This document shows, piece after piece, positions 28,445 to 42,075 of a stretch of DNA of 64,000 nt. The first letter of the stretch is position 1. Each line of letters opens with the position of its first letter. The translations under genes and the position numbers were made by a program. This stretch comes from Cystobasidiomycetes sp. EMM_F5 (taxonomy: Eukaryota). The notes beneath the pieces were generated by a model. It made no database searches. It saw only the letters and a program-made list of their open reading frames with translations, and was not told the DNA's origin. Location: NCBI GenBank assembly GCA_051047955.1, contig JBPGPT010000007.1, positions 62,001 through 126,000 on the forward strand, read 5' to 3'.

Positions 28445-30781
28445 ATGCAAGCCAGTACTGCTGGACTCGTCAGAGCTGCCTCGCGCGATGTCTCCACGCG
28501 ACTTTGCCCACCAAGATCCCGGCTATTGAAAGCTGCAAAATGTAAAAGAACTCTGGCAACGTCAACGACAACGCATCCGCTGGCCCAGAAGCCTGGTCTG
28601 GCTGGTCAGAAGCCGAGCAGTGGGCAACATCCTCGGCAGACATGGAGTACAGCAACTTTGGTCGCCCTCGCTACTTTGACCGGCGCCACTGTGAGCGTCT
28701 AGCAATAATGATAGAAGGCATACATTCTGACTGAACAATATCTTGGTGTTCCCAGACGTATGTTCTGGGGACCGTGCAGTCCAGTCAAAGCGTACCGACA
28801 TCCAATGCTTCGAAAATAACAGTCCCGCAACCGCCGTCAATGGAAGCGTTTGAAAAGGCTTTGGAGCAGCTAAGAACGAGTCTACCTTCGGAATGCTTCT
28901 CCACCGACCGCGAAGATCTCATCCAACACGGGTCATCTACCTGGACATACCACAACCCGGAGATTCTGCCTGGAGTCGTTGTATACCCGAGAAGTACTGA
29001 AGACGTAGTCAAGATTGCCAAGGCCGCGTACGCGCACGGTATCCCGGTAGTACCGTATAGTGGGGGCAGTAAGTCTTGCCTTCAATGTAACGTCCTTCCG
29101 GTACTGAAAAGCCGGCACTTCTATCAGCCAGTCTAGAGGGACATTTCGACGCACCTTCTTTCAAGAAATCAGAACAAGAGACAGAAAAGACCAACAAGAT
29201 CCCTCTAGACCAACTCAAACCCGGCCCATCTATTGCAGTCGACTTTGGCGCAAATATGAATGAAATAGTGGAAGTTCACGCTAAGGATATGGACGTAAGT
29301 CTGTAACAGGTGTTCTTGCATGTCCTAGATCTCTACTAGTGCCTTGACGCGTGCATCTCTCGCAGGTTGTGGTCCAGCCCGGAATGCCGTACGAACAGCT
29401 GAACGAGGAGTTACGATCTCATGGCCTGTTCTTCCCGGTGGATGTACGCATATTGTAAGCGGTTTTAGCGGCTACCGTCTGATGCATCAGTCAAAATTAC
29501 AGCCTGGGCCTTCCGCGATGATAGGTGGCATGGTGGGAACGAGTTGTTCTGGCACCAACGGTAGGCCAACGGGTTCCACATTTCTGCCTGTGCTGAAACA
29601 TGCCATAAAGCCGTCCGCTATGGTACAATGCGCGACAACGTGCTCAATCTGACGGTCGTGCTGCCCGATGGCGAAGTGATCAAGACACGTTCTCGCGCTC
29701 GAAAATCGTCAGCCGGGCCGGATCTCACAAAGCTGTTTGTCGGCTCTGAGGGCGCTCTTGGCATGGTTGTGGAAGGTAAAGACAGCTTCCATGATACGAG
29801 GTCGCTGTCAGCTAACGCTGGTTCTGAAACTATAGCAACGCTCAAACTAGCACCTCTACTGCCAGTCTCAGTAGCCGTGTCTTCGTTTCCGAATCTTGAG
29901 GCAGCGGCAGACACCGTCAGAGATGTCGTACAGCAAGGTGTTGCCGTGCAATGCATCGAAATTTTGGATGACTTGATGATGAAGGCAATCAATCAAGCGG
30001 AGTCGACCACGAAAGGTGCTCGGAAATGGCCAGAGTCTCCTGCTCTGTTCTTCAAGTTTAGTGGAAGCGAAGACCAAATCAAGCTAGACATGAAAAGGAC
30101 GGGTAAGGATACCTGTGATCTAATCATCTATGGCTGAGATTGCTTTCTTAGCGGATATTGTGGCCAAGAATAAGGGTGCCAAGCTACAGACTGCCTCGTC
30201 AGAAGCAGAAAAGGAATCGCTGTGGCGTGCTCGCAAAGTCGCACTGTGGTCCGCGATGTCGTACTATCCCGGATCGCGATGCTGGACAACGGATGTTTGT
30301 GTACCAATCAGCAAATTTCCCCAGCTCATTGCCGAGACGCAAAGAGATCTGCAACGACTCAACATCGTAGGCCCCATTGTGGGACATGCTGGTGATGGAG
30401 TAAGTGTACCGATCGCAAATGTCCAAAAAAAAAGCCACTGACTGAAGTGTTTTCTGACAGAACTTCCACGCACTTCTGCTGTTTAGGGATGACGACGAGC
30501 TCGAGCGAGTCAAGGAAGCAGTACACAACATGGTGGAACGAGCACAGCGGTTGGAGGGGACGTGCACAGGTGGTACGTTTAGCGAATTCGATTTGAGTGA
30601 GATGAGCGGATGCTGAAGAGTCAATGATTAAGAGCACGGCGTGGGTTTGGGCAAGATGAAGTATCTGGAGCATGAGCTGGGTGCTGGCACTGTAGAATTG
30701 CTTCGGCGCATAAAGCGGATAATAGATCCGAAGAACATTAGCAATCCGAATAAATTGGTAACGTACGCCAATGTCGATTAG
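28445..30781 (+). CDS. DLD1: Mitochondrial D-lactate dehydrogenase (cytochrome), FAD-linked oxidase
   Basis: Basic presequence, [88 protein letters not shown]. The 3' end may include a further intron. Confidence 0.9.
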
Positions 30782-30879
30782 CCCGCGGAACGGTAGGCAT
30801 ACTCTGGTATAGTTTCGTCGCGCCCGTGCGCCATGTTGTTATTCATTATAGTGGAGACGTCTGTTCCGTACTCATCACT

Positions 30880-32281
30880 ATGCAAGCCGAGTCTTTGGAC
30901 CTCGTGGACACGGAGTACTCTGCATGCTCAGTCTCCGCATGTCCCAGTGACCGCAGCATCGTTGCGTGCGGGCTGTACCAAATCCTGCAGGATCAAGATG
31001 CTCAGGTCAATGAAGAATCGCCAGCAACAAAGCGAGTTGGAGGATGCCTTCTAAGCCGTATGGACGATGCCGGGTCGTTGTGTGTGGTGCGCCAGAATTG
31101 CAGCTCATTCCAGCTGAAGCTCGTCTCTAGACACAGGCTGCACCGAATAGAAACAGCAGCAATACTCGACATGGCTTGGTGGGCATGCCGTATATCATAA
31201 TTATCCTGTAGCTCATCCAAGCAGGTCTCATGAAGCTGGCGTTGACCGATTAGCAATGGCAGACTCTGTCGGTCAGATATCTTTCTATGATCTCATTGAA
31301 GCAAAGGTGCGCTCCGCGAGGGTCAAGCACACAGTTAGCACTGACTGGATTCTCGTGTATATTGTTAATGCCTAGCTTTCTCCCCGCGAAACAATCGCTG
31401 TCACTTCTTCAGACACCCTATGCCTGTCACTGGACTGGGACAATCGCCGAACAGGGTATGGCAGATATCTTGTATTCCCGACCGCACTAATTCTGATACA
31501 TCTGCATCGACAGAGGCGCTGGCTCTATCGTCGCGTCTTTGTCTGACGGCAACGTGGTAATTCTAGACAGCGCGGCTTCAATGCAGGTTATTCATCGATG
31601 GCATGCTCATGACTACGAGCCTTGGATAGCTGCTTGGGACTATTGGAACACGAGCTGTATCTGGACGGGTATGTCTACACATCCGCGCAAGCAGTGCCAT
31701 AATTGAGTTATGGTCAATAGGCGGAGACGACTGTAAGCTCAAACAGTGGGACCTTCGGGGAGGCACAAACCGTCCAGTGGTCGTAAACAAGAAGTGCGTC
31801 GATAAAATAGAGTTACTTTTTGGCACCGACTAAGTGCCTGACAGCTTCTCAGCCGGTGTAACAACCGTCCAAAGCCATCATCTGCTCCAACATGTTTTTG
31901 CTGTGGGAAGGTGAGCAGCTAAGAACCATCGCTTGATAAATGTAATGGCTCAAGCCATGTCTTAGTTACGATGGCAATGTTCGCATCTTTGATTCGCGCC
32001 AGATGCGAATGCCTACTTCTGTACACGATGTGGGCGGTGGGGTGTGGCGAGTGCGATGGCATCCGACCGATACCACAAAGCTGTTGACTGCCTGCATGCA
32101 TGATGGCTTCAAGGTGCTAGATGTATCCGGCGAACCACGGACGGTAAGGCGCTTTGACGCGCATGGCAAGGATGCCTTGGCGTACGGCGTGGACTGGTGC
32201 CAGCCAATGTCGTCCGGAACCGGTGATCACATTGCAAGTTGCAGCTTCTACGATCATCAACTCCGCTCGTGGACGGCCTAG
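30880..32281 (+). CDS. DPH7: WD40 diphthine methylesterase (Dph7/Rrt2/WDR85)
   Basis: ACGLYQ, AILDMAW, AHDYEPWIAAWDYWN, GGDDCKLKQWDLR, GGGVWRVRWHP, ACMHDGFKV, LAYGVDW, ASCSFYDH. Confidence 0.85.
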
Positions 32282-32300
32282 ACACAAGTCAAGGTCAACG

Positions 32301-35300
32301 TCAAAGACTCATATCTTCGCCCTCCGACTCTGTCTGCGAAGCATATTCTTCAGCCAGCTCGTCGAGATGGCCCGTAGTGAACGTGGATCCGTGAATAGCA
32401 TGTATTGCTAGACTGTCGCGGCGAGCATGATCACCCTCCGGATCGTCTTCCTCCATATCTAGTACGAGAAGAGCACGTCCGAGGTTACCGAGTATGCATC
32501 CGATTCTCCGACCTTCCCGGCCATTCATAGCAATTTGTAGCGGATCAAATTGACCTCCGATTTCGTAAATACGGTCAATAGGGACTGGCTCGAGCGCCTT
32601 GAAAGGCAATCAGCGAATCGTTTTCTCACATATATTGCGCAACAACCTACCAGAGATTTCGGCGCCTTCAATGATCCCGAAGGCAAATCTTGCATTTTAA
32701 CACCCTGGTATCGAACGGTAGCCAGCATATACTTCGGCTCTATGATACCTGTCGTCAATGATGTACGTAGAACAGGACTAGACAGGCTTGCTGACCATGT
32801 GGTTTGGCCGACGCGAGTCTTAATAGCAAAGCAACGCAACTATCGTCGAAAAATTCCAAGTCTAGAATATCGAATGGACCCTTTGCACGGTGTCGCAGAG
32901 CGAAGGCCGCACCTCGATGCACGCGTCCAGCTTCGATACGAAGCACCCAAACTTGATGTTGAGTCAGCCTTTCGAAATCCTATTGCAAAAGTAATCCTCT
33001 TACAGGCTGGCTGTTGATCATCGTCTCCGAGGATGTCGGCAGTAGTCTCGCAGACGACCCATCGCGTAAAGTTAGGCGAACTATCGGACCTCATCACGCG
33101 AGATGTGATCTTTGTTGGGTCACGAGCCAAGCCCAAAGCTGACATCGAATCGTCTTCTTCTCTATCGGGAGGCTGCCAGGTCACTACATGCGTGGCATCG
33201 CGAAGGACAGCTTGCTGCGTGATAGTAGAAAAAGAGTGTTCGGAGACTGCTGCAAATCGCTTCGCAAGCTGCTGCAGATAGTATGGGATTGGTAAGTCGG
33301 TGACGACGATTGGCTCCTGGTGGGTTTCTAAGGATCCGGATTTCCGACGCGTGTTGGGTGTATGTCTGGTACTCCCAAAGACGGTTGGCGGGTCTAGAAG
33401 CAAACGGTCCATGCTCAATTGAGGGATTTCATCGACCACACTGTCCGACGGTCTAGCATTGTTTTCCATATCATCGGGCGTTTGATCTGTTTCCTCCGCA
33501 CTATGATCGCTTAGGCCGTACTCCTTGCGCATCATTCGCATGAGGTGCGGTAAAGCTTGCGAACCTTCCCGAGACAACACCTCGATGCTTGAGCTGGTCA
33601 AAAACCAGTCTATCCAACCACTCAATTCTTCGTCATATCTGGTAGTAGCAGCTTCTATCTCGACGGTGACCAGCTTGGAGAATTTTGTATACGTCAGACG
33701 ATCCTTGATGTATCCTGTCACAGCGACGACATCATGCTTTGGCGCGGAGCGCGTTTCAGCATTCGCCTCGAGATTGGAGATACGCTCCAGTTCTGAGTGA
33801 AAGTATTGAGACTCGCTCGGCAAGTCTCTTACGGTGTCTACTCACCCCACTTCATCCATACTGTGAACTCCCGGAATGCGAGCTCCTCCTCGACAGCCGC
33901 TGTTTCCAGCTTGGCTGCATTCATCATCAGTAATCTGATGATTGCTGAACATTCGTCTAGGTGTCGTTTGGAAATCTGCAGATGACCGAATCGCTCAGGC
34001 CTTCGTCGGAGACGCAGATGTTAGCATCACTATACGATTTGGTAATCCAGACTGTCCTTACCAGGCGGCCCATCCTTGCAGCTGATCCAGCCAAATCATG
34101 ATGCGCTCACACACAGGCGTCAAGCTTTGATAAGCGAAGTTGCGCAACTTGACTAGTGCGGCAACTGCCAAAGACTCCCATTTCTCAAAGTTCTGCATGA
34201 GATGTGAGTAGCGCACGTTACGCTTACGACGATTCTGCTTACTCGTTCCGTATTCTTGGCAGCGAGATATTCGTGCAAGTCCGAACTGACTGGTCTGCCG
34301 GTGAGGAGTAGCAAGAGAAGTTGTAGTTGGCCTGACATGCCTGGACTATCGTCGTCGAGCCGAGAAAGCCAGCGTGCTCGTACTTCACTAGCTTCCTCCC
34401 AGCTGCGCCTGGCCGCTTCTAATTGTGAGAATGCGTGATCGAGTAGGAAACGAATGCTACTAGACGCTCTCGCCAGAAGAGAGCATTCCTGAGAGGGAAG
34501 GTGTGGCAAGTCTAGGAGACAGTGAATGACTGCTTGCGATGCTTCTACATCAGACTGTTGCGAAGAGGTAGTTATCGCAGATCTGATGACTTCTGGAACC
34601 GAGCTATCCTGCTTCAGAGCACTTATTGGGACAGAGAGAAGCAGTGTTATGCAAAGACTGTAGGTAGACGGCGACAAAGCCGATGGTTTCGTCGTAGACA
34701 GCCCGGCTATACTTGCGGAGATGATGTCGGTCTGCTTGCCTAGTGAGACAGATCCAGCATGGATCGCACCGTCAATGAAGACGTGAAGATGGCCATTCTC
34801 ATCGCCAGAGAGCAAGACTGTTGGCATCCACCGGTTGGCATCGTCGGCTGTAGCATGGCCGGCACCGTCTTCATCGTCAACTTCATCTGCTGAATCTGAA
34901 GTATCTAAGACCCCGTCTGAGAAAGGCAGGGTAGGTAGCGGTGGCATGGACAGCTGCACTACCGGCTCGAAGGGCTTGCCTTGGGCCATGTTGAATGGAT
35001 GGAGAAATTTGTTGCTGTAGTCGAGAAACAGGTGATAGATGTGTTACAGGTTAGCTTAGAAGTTACAACGGATGCGCAAATAAAAGACTAGACATACGCT
35101 TTTGGCGCTTCTACCTTTTCGGACGGCAGGCGAGGAAGCATGTTGACGAGTGATTCGGCAGTACATGGCAATTTGCGTACAACCTGATCCGACGGCAGAC
35201 AGTCCTCCCAGCCCAACAGATACATCGAAGACGCGGGCGGCGTGGTAGATGTCTGGGATGCTGAGATGCGGGGAGCTGCAAATTTGCCATCATGGACTGA

Positions 35301-35840
35301 CAGCAGCGAGAGGTTGGAGACGGAGGATGCGAAAGCGAGTATTTTCCCTGTGGAGAGGACGTTATGCACAGACAGAAGTGGGGATATACTCTGGCGTCAG
35401 ATGTTGCGTCAGCCTGGAAACTACGACTTTGCCTTACCGTCTGGGCGCCAGGCTACACTCTCTGGCAACCGGGGCGCGACAAAGGCATCGGCTGCCTGAT
35501 TACTTGGCCGCGAACCCGACGTACGCTTCTTTGCGGCCGTTCCGCTGGGTATGGCTGCGTTTATCGCTGGAGCTCCCTGGGCAAACACATCAACATGGAC
35601 GTTAGTTTGCCATATTTGAGCGGGAGAAACGGCAGCGATATCGGGGTCAGCGTAGACGTGGCGCTCCTCGAAGCTCGACGAAGTGCCGCCCAGCCTGTAG
35701 AGGCAGACGTCGGCCTCAGCGCCCGCCGCGTTGGTCGGGCTCGATACGACGGCGACGTCCATTGTCGGGCAGCACGATGCAGGATGGAGGAGCAGCGGGA
35801 TGGGCAGCCTGTGAGAGGATAGCTGCGCAAACTCGGACAT
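32301..35840 (-). CDS. APC4: Anaphase-promoting complex subunit 4
   Basis: N-terminal CCPTMDVAVV and VAWRPDGKILAFA (ANAPC4 WD40 region), helical mid-domain (LLLLLLTGRPVSSDLHEYL), and C-terminal IAMNGREGRRIGCIL...LVLDME. Confidence 0.8.
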
Positions 35841-36143
35841 GGTGCTGCAGCATGGGCGTCGTTTGGGCCTAAGTCATGGCTTTCATTTCAAGAAAGAACC
35901 GGATCATATGGATCATATTATTGCAGACTTCAAAGCTGATGATGGCCATCCAAAGAGGCGTAATAGATTGCTGAGGACTATCAGAACATTACACTACAGC
36001 GACATTAAAATACCCTGGCTCTGCTGCTTCATTGCAGATCACTGATGACGCTGATCGATACACCTCGACATCGGGCTCTTATTCTGACTTCTCACCCAGG
36101 TTTGTCTTTGTCTCACATACTGAATAACTAATCAAAGGAAATT

Positions 36144-37847
36144 ATGTCCGATACCATGATCTGGGAGCATCCTACTCTCGGACTGCTCCGCGGAGTGAGA
36201 ATTACGCCCAGATTGCTCCAATTCCGCAACATACCCTATGGCAATATGGAGCAACGTTTCGCTCGTGCGACTATTGCGGATACTCTGCACTCAAAGCGTG
36301 ACAAAAATGCAGGAGGAAACACGGTCTTTGACGCGACTCGACAACTCAGGACATCCAGCCATCAGCCAGACTCGGTCGAAACAGATTGCAAAGGCCTACA
36401 CCTACCTACCGACATTCTAAAGGGCTATGAAGAGGAGCAACTGGAAGATTGTCTGACTGTCGAAATTACGGTCGCCTTGGCGGAGAGTAGTAGGAACGCA
36501 CAGACCTCTTCGCCAATACAACCCGACGCAAAGGCCAGAATGCCCGTCTTGTGCTGGCTTCACGGTGGCGCCTACGTACTAGGAGCAGGCTCTAGACCAT
36601 ACTACTCTCCGAGCACGTTCCTGACGCAGGCGGTCAAGACTCAGAAGCCTCTAGTCTATGTAGCGATAAACTACCGGCTCGGCTCGCTGGGATTCTTTCA
36701 TTCCTCTCAAGCTGATCAAGCTCTCATGCCGCCCAACAATGGTCTACATGATCAGCTTATTGCGATGGAATGGCTGCAAAAGAATATATCCGGATTTGGA
36801 GGAAACCCAGACGACATGGCCTTGATGGGCGAGTCTGCAGGGTCCGAGAGCGTGGTGATACACAACATGTCGGGAAAAAGGCAGGCTTGGAACAGAAGTA
36901 TCGCTTTCAGCGGGTCGTTAGTGACAATGCCAGCAAAGACACCGGAAGAACACGAGGAAAACTTTCGCTCTTATGCCAAAAAGCTGGATATCGACACCAG
37001 GCCTGAGAGGCGGTCTGACGATATCGTCAGAGAGATGATCGAGACGCCCATTGACAAAGTGCGCGATCTTGGCTTCGTTGGTGCACCTTGTACCAACAGC
37101 GAAATGATGCCGTATGAACGGCCTAAAATGACAATCCCGCTGCTTCGCCCTGCGGGACCGCACCTCGCTTCACAGATAGTCTCATGGTCGACGTTTGATG
37201 GCGGGATCTCATACAATATGATTGTTGCCAACAAGTCCCGGAAGAATCACGCTGCATTGTTTGCTGAAATAGCGAGAGAGCGTCTGAAGTATCCCGACGA
37301 GCTTTTAGAGCTGTATAATCTGCCGTCAATCACGTCTGGCGACGCCTCAATAGAAGACGACATACAAGCGCTTCGCAACATCTGTCAATTCGAGACTGAC
37401 ATTGGTTTCGCGGCTCCCATGATCAACATAGCCAAGGGCGCGCCTGGTAAAACATTCCTGCTCATGTTTGACCTCGGCAATCCGTTTGGGGAAGCAGGCC
37501 CTTTGCCAGGCAAAGAGTACGCGACTCACGCTTGGGATGTTGTGTCACTGTTTGGCGCGTACGAATCCCGCTTGGACGAGGAGTATCTGCCGATAGTGCA
37601 GGAGTACCGCCAGAAGATTATTGAATATGCTGCCACTGGACAGGACCCATGGCCTGCCTGGACAGAGGAGAAGGGGAGTGCTTCACGGGTGAGCAGGAAG
37701 GGCGTGGAGGTTGTTGAAAAGGCAGCCTACATGGGAGATGAGACGCAACTGGGTAGGTTACTCGCATTGGCCGAAAAGGAGGGTGGAGAAGAAGGGGCAG
37801 ACCTGTTATGGGAGCGAGTTTGTCGGGCTTTCCTGATGCACGATTAG
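36144..37847 (+). CDS. Type-B carboxylesterase (alpha/beta hydrolase), single exon, no signal peptide
   Basis: Uninterrupted 567-aa ORF with FRNIPYG, EDCL, WLHGGAY, NYRLG, NNGLHDQ, GFGGNPD, GESAG (nucleophile), STFDG and HAWD. Confidence 0.92.
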   Translation: MSDTMIWEHPTLGLLRGVRITPRLLQFRNIPYGNMEQRFARATIADTLHSKRDKNAGGNTVFDATRQLRTSSHQPDSVETDCKGLHLPTDILKGYEEEQLEDCLTVEITVALAESSRNAQTSSPIQPDAKARMPVLCWLHGGAYVLGAGSRPYYSPSTFLTQAVKTQKPLVYVAINYRLGSLGFFHSSQADQALMPPNNGLHDQLIAMEWLQKNISGFGGNPDDMALMGESAGSESVVIHNMSGKRQAWNRSIAFSGSLVTMPAKTPEEHEENFRSYAKKLDIDTRPERRSDDIVREMIETPIDKVRDLGFVGAPCTNSEMMPYERPKMTIPLLRPAGPHLASQIVSWSTFDGGISYNMIVANKSRKNHAALFAEIARERLKYPDELLELYNLPSITSGDASIEDDIQALRNICQFETDIGFAAPMINIAKGAPGKTFLLMFDLGNPFGEAGPLPGKEYATHAWDVVSLFGAYESRLDEEYLPIVQEYRQKIIEYAATGQDPWPAWTEEKGSASRVSRKGVEVVEKAAYMGDETQLGRLLALAEKEGGEEGADLLWERVCRAFLMHD

Positions 37848-38421
37848 GAGCGGGAGTGCACTTACCCTGTCAACAAAAGATTACTTGACCTTCAGACTGG
37901 AGCTACCTTTGCCTTTCTTTCGCCCCGCAAAGCGCTGAGATCTGAACCCAACTTAAAGCGTGCTTTTCGGCGTTCCGTTGGCTTCCCTACGTCTCTCTAA
38001 TCATACCCCATGCTCTACTGCCGTCCAACCTGCCATTCCACCGAGTCTGGCTGTTTTCTTCCTGGATGGCTAGCTCCTTGACCGCGTAAACGAGGCGGAC
38101 CATGCAAAAAACAGCGCACGGACAGCGAGGCCGACAGCGAGGCAGGCCATAATAACATTCTAATGGCGAGTATTTGCTACAACGTCGCCCATTAAAGGCT
38201 TCCACAACGTCGATATTCCCGCAGCGTTTCAACGGAACTCGAGGCTGTAGCTGCGCATACTGGCGACGACGACGACGACGAGCTGGGTTGCATTCTGAAC
38301 AACTGCACCTCTTTTTCGCCCAATACTGCGCCAAACCTGGGCTCACTTCTGTCCATCTGCCTCGACATCGTTGACTGCCTCTGCACCCACTCTCGTTTGA
38401 TTCACGTCGCCCGCGTCCAGC

Positions 38422-39265
38422 ATGTCGAGATACGCTACTCTGCGGACACCCCAACTACTCTTCATGGCGTCCTCCGGTGAGCTTATAGACATCATACATG
38501 TACTTACGCGCATGGCCTGATTGTTGTTGTTTGGGATCCCTTTCAGCGCTCGCCCAGATGACCCAAGTCTACGTGCCAGGCAACGCAGACGCAGCTCCCG
38601 GCGTGCAGGTCGTAAACATCGGAGCAGGCGTAGATGGAATGACGACTTTCCAGGTCGGTCCGGACGCAACGCTCGTTGAAGCAACGGGTACAGCGCAAAT
38701 TGTTCAGGGCGGGACGACCATTGCGTGCAACCTCGGAGACGACGGATAGTGGGTATACATGTCACAGATATCACTCGACATTCATACCGACAGTTACTCC
38801 ACAGTGCGACATGTACAGCCGCCGCAAACGGGAATCCCAACGTCTTCGCCTACACAGTAAGATTTACGCTTCACACTTGCCAATGAACCTGCTTAAAGCT
38901 TCAACCAGGAACCCATAACGTACTTTGGAGAGACGACCGGACAAGCCACACCAACGACAAGCGTGCACCGCGATGCCGGTGGACGCATCACTACAGGTAT
39001 CGACCCTACCCTGTCGTTTACTGCCAATCTGTACTCTGGCACACTAAAGCCAGATAACGCCCCTGTCTCATTGTCTACACAACAACAAGCTTCCACATCT
39101 TATCCAGCTGGACCTAATCCCGTCGAGTCGCAGTCTACGAGTTCAAACGTCTTCTACAAGGGTCTCCAGAACGCTGCGTCGCCCAGCATGACCAGCAGAC
39201 TCCTCCTACACAAGCTGGCGACGTGTGGTGCTACTTTCATCGCTCTAGCCGTTTGCCTCTTGTGA
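38422..39265 (+). CDS. Secreted, probably GPI-anchored S/T-rich cell-surface protein
   Basis: Spliced N-terminus MSRYATLRTPQLLFMASSALAQ-MTQVYVPG, small beta-rich region with two Cys, S/T-rich stalk, omega-like NAA and hydrophobic C-terminus (GATFIALAVCLL). Confidence 0.65.
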
Positions 39266-39608
39266 AGACTGGCACTGATAAGCAACGATATTTGGTCAAG
39301 AAACGTGGCACTGTTGCTACCCGCGCAATCGAGCACCTTATCGTCAAGTCTCGTCAACGGGCCATGGCCCATCGCATCAGTATTCGTTGCATGCAATCAC
39401 GTCCCTCATCGCATCTCCCCGCATACCAGTAGTCTCCAGCTCTTGTGCACACGGCAAAACGTCATGCCTCCAAGTGTACATTAGCGTCGCGAAGTCTACA
39501 ATGCCATACACGTCTTCTTGCTCTATGCCTGTGGTGTGGTAGCCGATAATGTAAGGATGCTATGGTTTTGATGCTGATATAGTACAGAATGAGATGAGCG
39601 TCGCTCAT

Positions 39609-41574
39609 TTATCTAAACGCGTTAGATCCGCTTGTTGGCAGAGGGCTAGTGGCTCTCGGTGTGTTCTGCCCACTGTTGTCAGCGCTGTTCGCGGCGCTTC
39701 CATCGCGACTGCCGCTCGAATCACGCGCCTCATCTTTCCATCTTTGTCTATCGCCATTCGTCCTTCCTCTATCACGTACTCTAGCTTCGTGACCCCACCG
39801 ATCCTCATCTTCTTGCTGTACGAGCCGGTCTTTGCCTACTCCGTAGCGAGCCTCCACTGACTCCGCCTCGCGAGCAGCCAGTGAGCAGAGACAATCACGA
39901 GGCATCTGAGTCCGCCACTGTCGTTGTGTTTCAGACGAAGGTGTGGTCGCCTCTTCGTAATTTGGAAGTCTGCCCACAATATCTGTCAGAATCTGACCAT
40001 TTGAGCGAGAGGTATTATAACCCTTACTCAAGCTGTTCGATGGAGCAGTCACACTACAGTGATATACGCGAAGTCAGTGTCATGCTCCGGCTGACACGAT
40101 TTGCACGACCTACGGAATTGATGTTGGCAGGAAATGCAATCCGGTACTCTTTCAACGATGCTTCCGGATCGTCAAGGGCAACGAAGCGGATGATGGTGGT
40201 AAGGGTATGACTAATTCTGATGCCCGTCACCGAGTGGGCGTTGGTGGTCTGTCGTATCGCATCGTCATTTGGCAGGCGGACTTGACGGACGAGGGAGAGC
40301 TCCCTTCCTGCGTCTATACGAACTGGAACATCCATTGGCCTCGTCACCGGGAGCGAATCTGGATCATCTCCAGTACTAGAAAACATTGGGAATTGCGTAG
40401 CTGTTTCCAGTAGCCCAGCCTGCGTTGGCGAAGAAGCGACTTCTGGGGTATTCGTTCCATTCTGCGGCCTCGCCCGACTCCTGCTGCGACTCGCTCGGTC
40501 ATCCTTTTCAGCATTATGATGCATAACGGTGCCGTGATAGCCAAACAGGGGAGCGCCGGACGCCAAGTCCCACAGCAAGTGGGTCTCGTCCCTCTCTTCC
40601 GACAGCGATGGGGACTGCAAAGATTGCAGGTGATGGTGTTGAGTGAGGACGAGAGAGACGTTACGAATCTCGACACTCTCACTAAGGACCGGCAACGAGA
40701 GTGACAAACGGAGGAATCCAGAAATGATGAGATATTTAGAGAAGAGGTGCGTACGCACGGGCCCGAGCGTGGCGTTGACGCTTTCTGAAATCTCATTGAA
40801 CCCGGAAGCTGCCATCCCTGGAGCATTATTGTTGGCTACACAGCACAAGACGCTTGTGTCCTCCAGATCCCCATGAAAAGACCCAACGCCGTACACTTTT
40901 GCCCGCAGAAAGTGTTTTGTGATGCCATAGTGGGATCTCTCGTAAGGCCTGCATGGTGTAGCAATTGAGCTTATTACAGATACGCCGAAGCGGGGAATGA
41001 GGTGTATCGACTATATAACTCACGCTGTATTGGCAGGAATGACAAATGACCAGGCGAAACGATGCTCCCCTGCTTCCAGCTTGCCATACTGCTCATAAGG
41101 ATTCATAGTCACATCTCGCCGCAGAGTCTCGTAGTGCTCGTGCTTCTGGCCAATATTGACATTCTGTCGCCCGACCTGCAACCATAGCCAAGTCAGATCC
41201 ATTGTTGTGTGAGGTCAATGAGGGATATACATACCAGCTCCACGTCGATCCGCTTCACCTTCTTTGCCCATGGTAACACGAGCACGACTTCACCAGACAC
41301 GACTGTATCCTGCAGAGAATCAATAACACTTCAGTATACGTAGATTAGCGAATCACGGTGGTGAATAATGTGAATGACAGAATAATGACGGAGTGGAAGG
41401 AGGCTGTAAGCAATACTTGTCGGGTCCTCGTGCCATGTACATTACGTCTTCCACCAAAAGCAACAAGTCCTCCCCAATATCGCTCACCTGCGTCGGCCCG
41501 GCCTTTGGATCTGAAGGTCTCAAGAACCACAAGTCATGGCGGTACTTGACCTTGACAGTTGCGAGGAGGACCAT
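39609..41574 (-). CDS. Arrestin-fold (alpha-arrestin-like) adaptor protein
   Basis: DTVVSGEVVLVLP, LEAGEHRFAWSFVIPANTAPYE, QVRLPNDDAIRQTT, GIRISHTL, and an LPNY (PY-like) motif near the C-terminus. Confidence 0.7.
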
Positions 41575-42075
41575 CGCGTGCGCATCAACAGAGATGTTGA
41601 GCTTCTCGATGTCTCTTCTTCAGAAGCTTGAATGGTTGTTGCCTTGCAATATTCTTGTTGATGATTACCGATGCTTCATTTGCAAGTTGCTCGTTGTTGC
41701 GTGGAATGAAAGACGGAAGCCATATAGCTCGTCATTTACATGCGACCAAGTCATTTGTCGGCTCTGCTAGCCGCCAACTCCGCATGCCGACATATCCTTG
41801 ACTCGAGCATTGATTGTAAACCGAAGAGTCGCGGGAAACACCACAGGAACAACGGCAAAGCATTTCAGATGCAATGACAGGCATCCATACTCTCATCCAT
41901 TTGGAAAAACAATTCGTTTCATTCGTATTCATTTATATCTTTTGCAGAAGCGTCCTAAAGGTAAACTATTTCATGGCCAACGTGATAGTGTGAGTCCTTT
42001 CTGACAAAACGACATTGATCGTATGCGTATCCATGCACGTCAAGAAGGCGACTCGACACCACTGACTATCCCCGT

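Noticed and set aside
38263..38281. (CGA)n trinucleotide run
   Set aside because: It is a short microsatellite in presumed UTR or promoter sequence with no evident significance.
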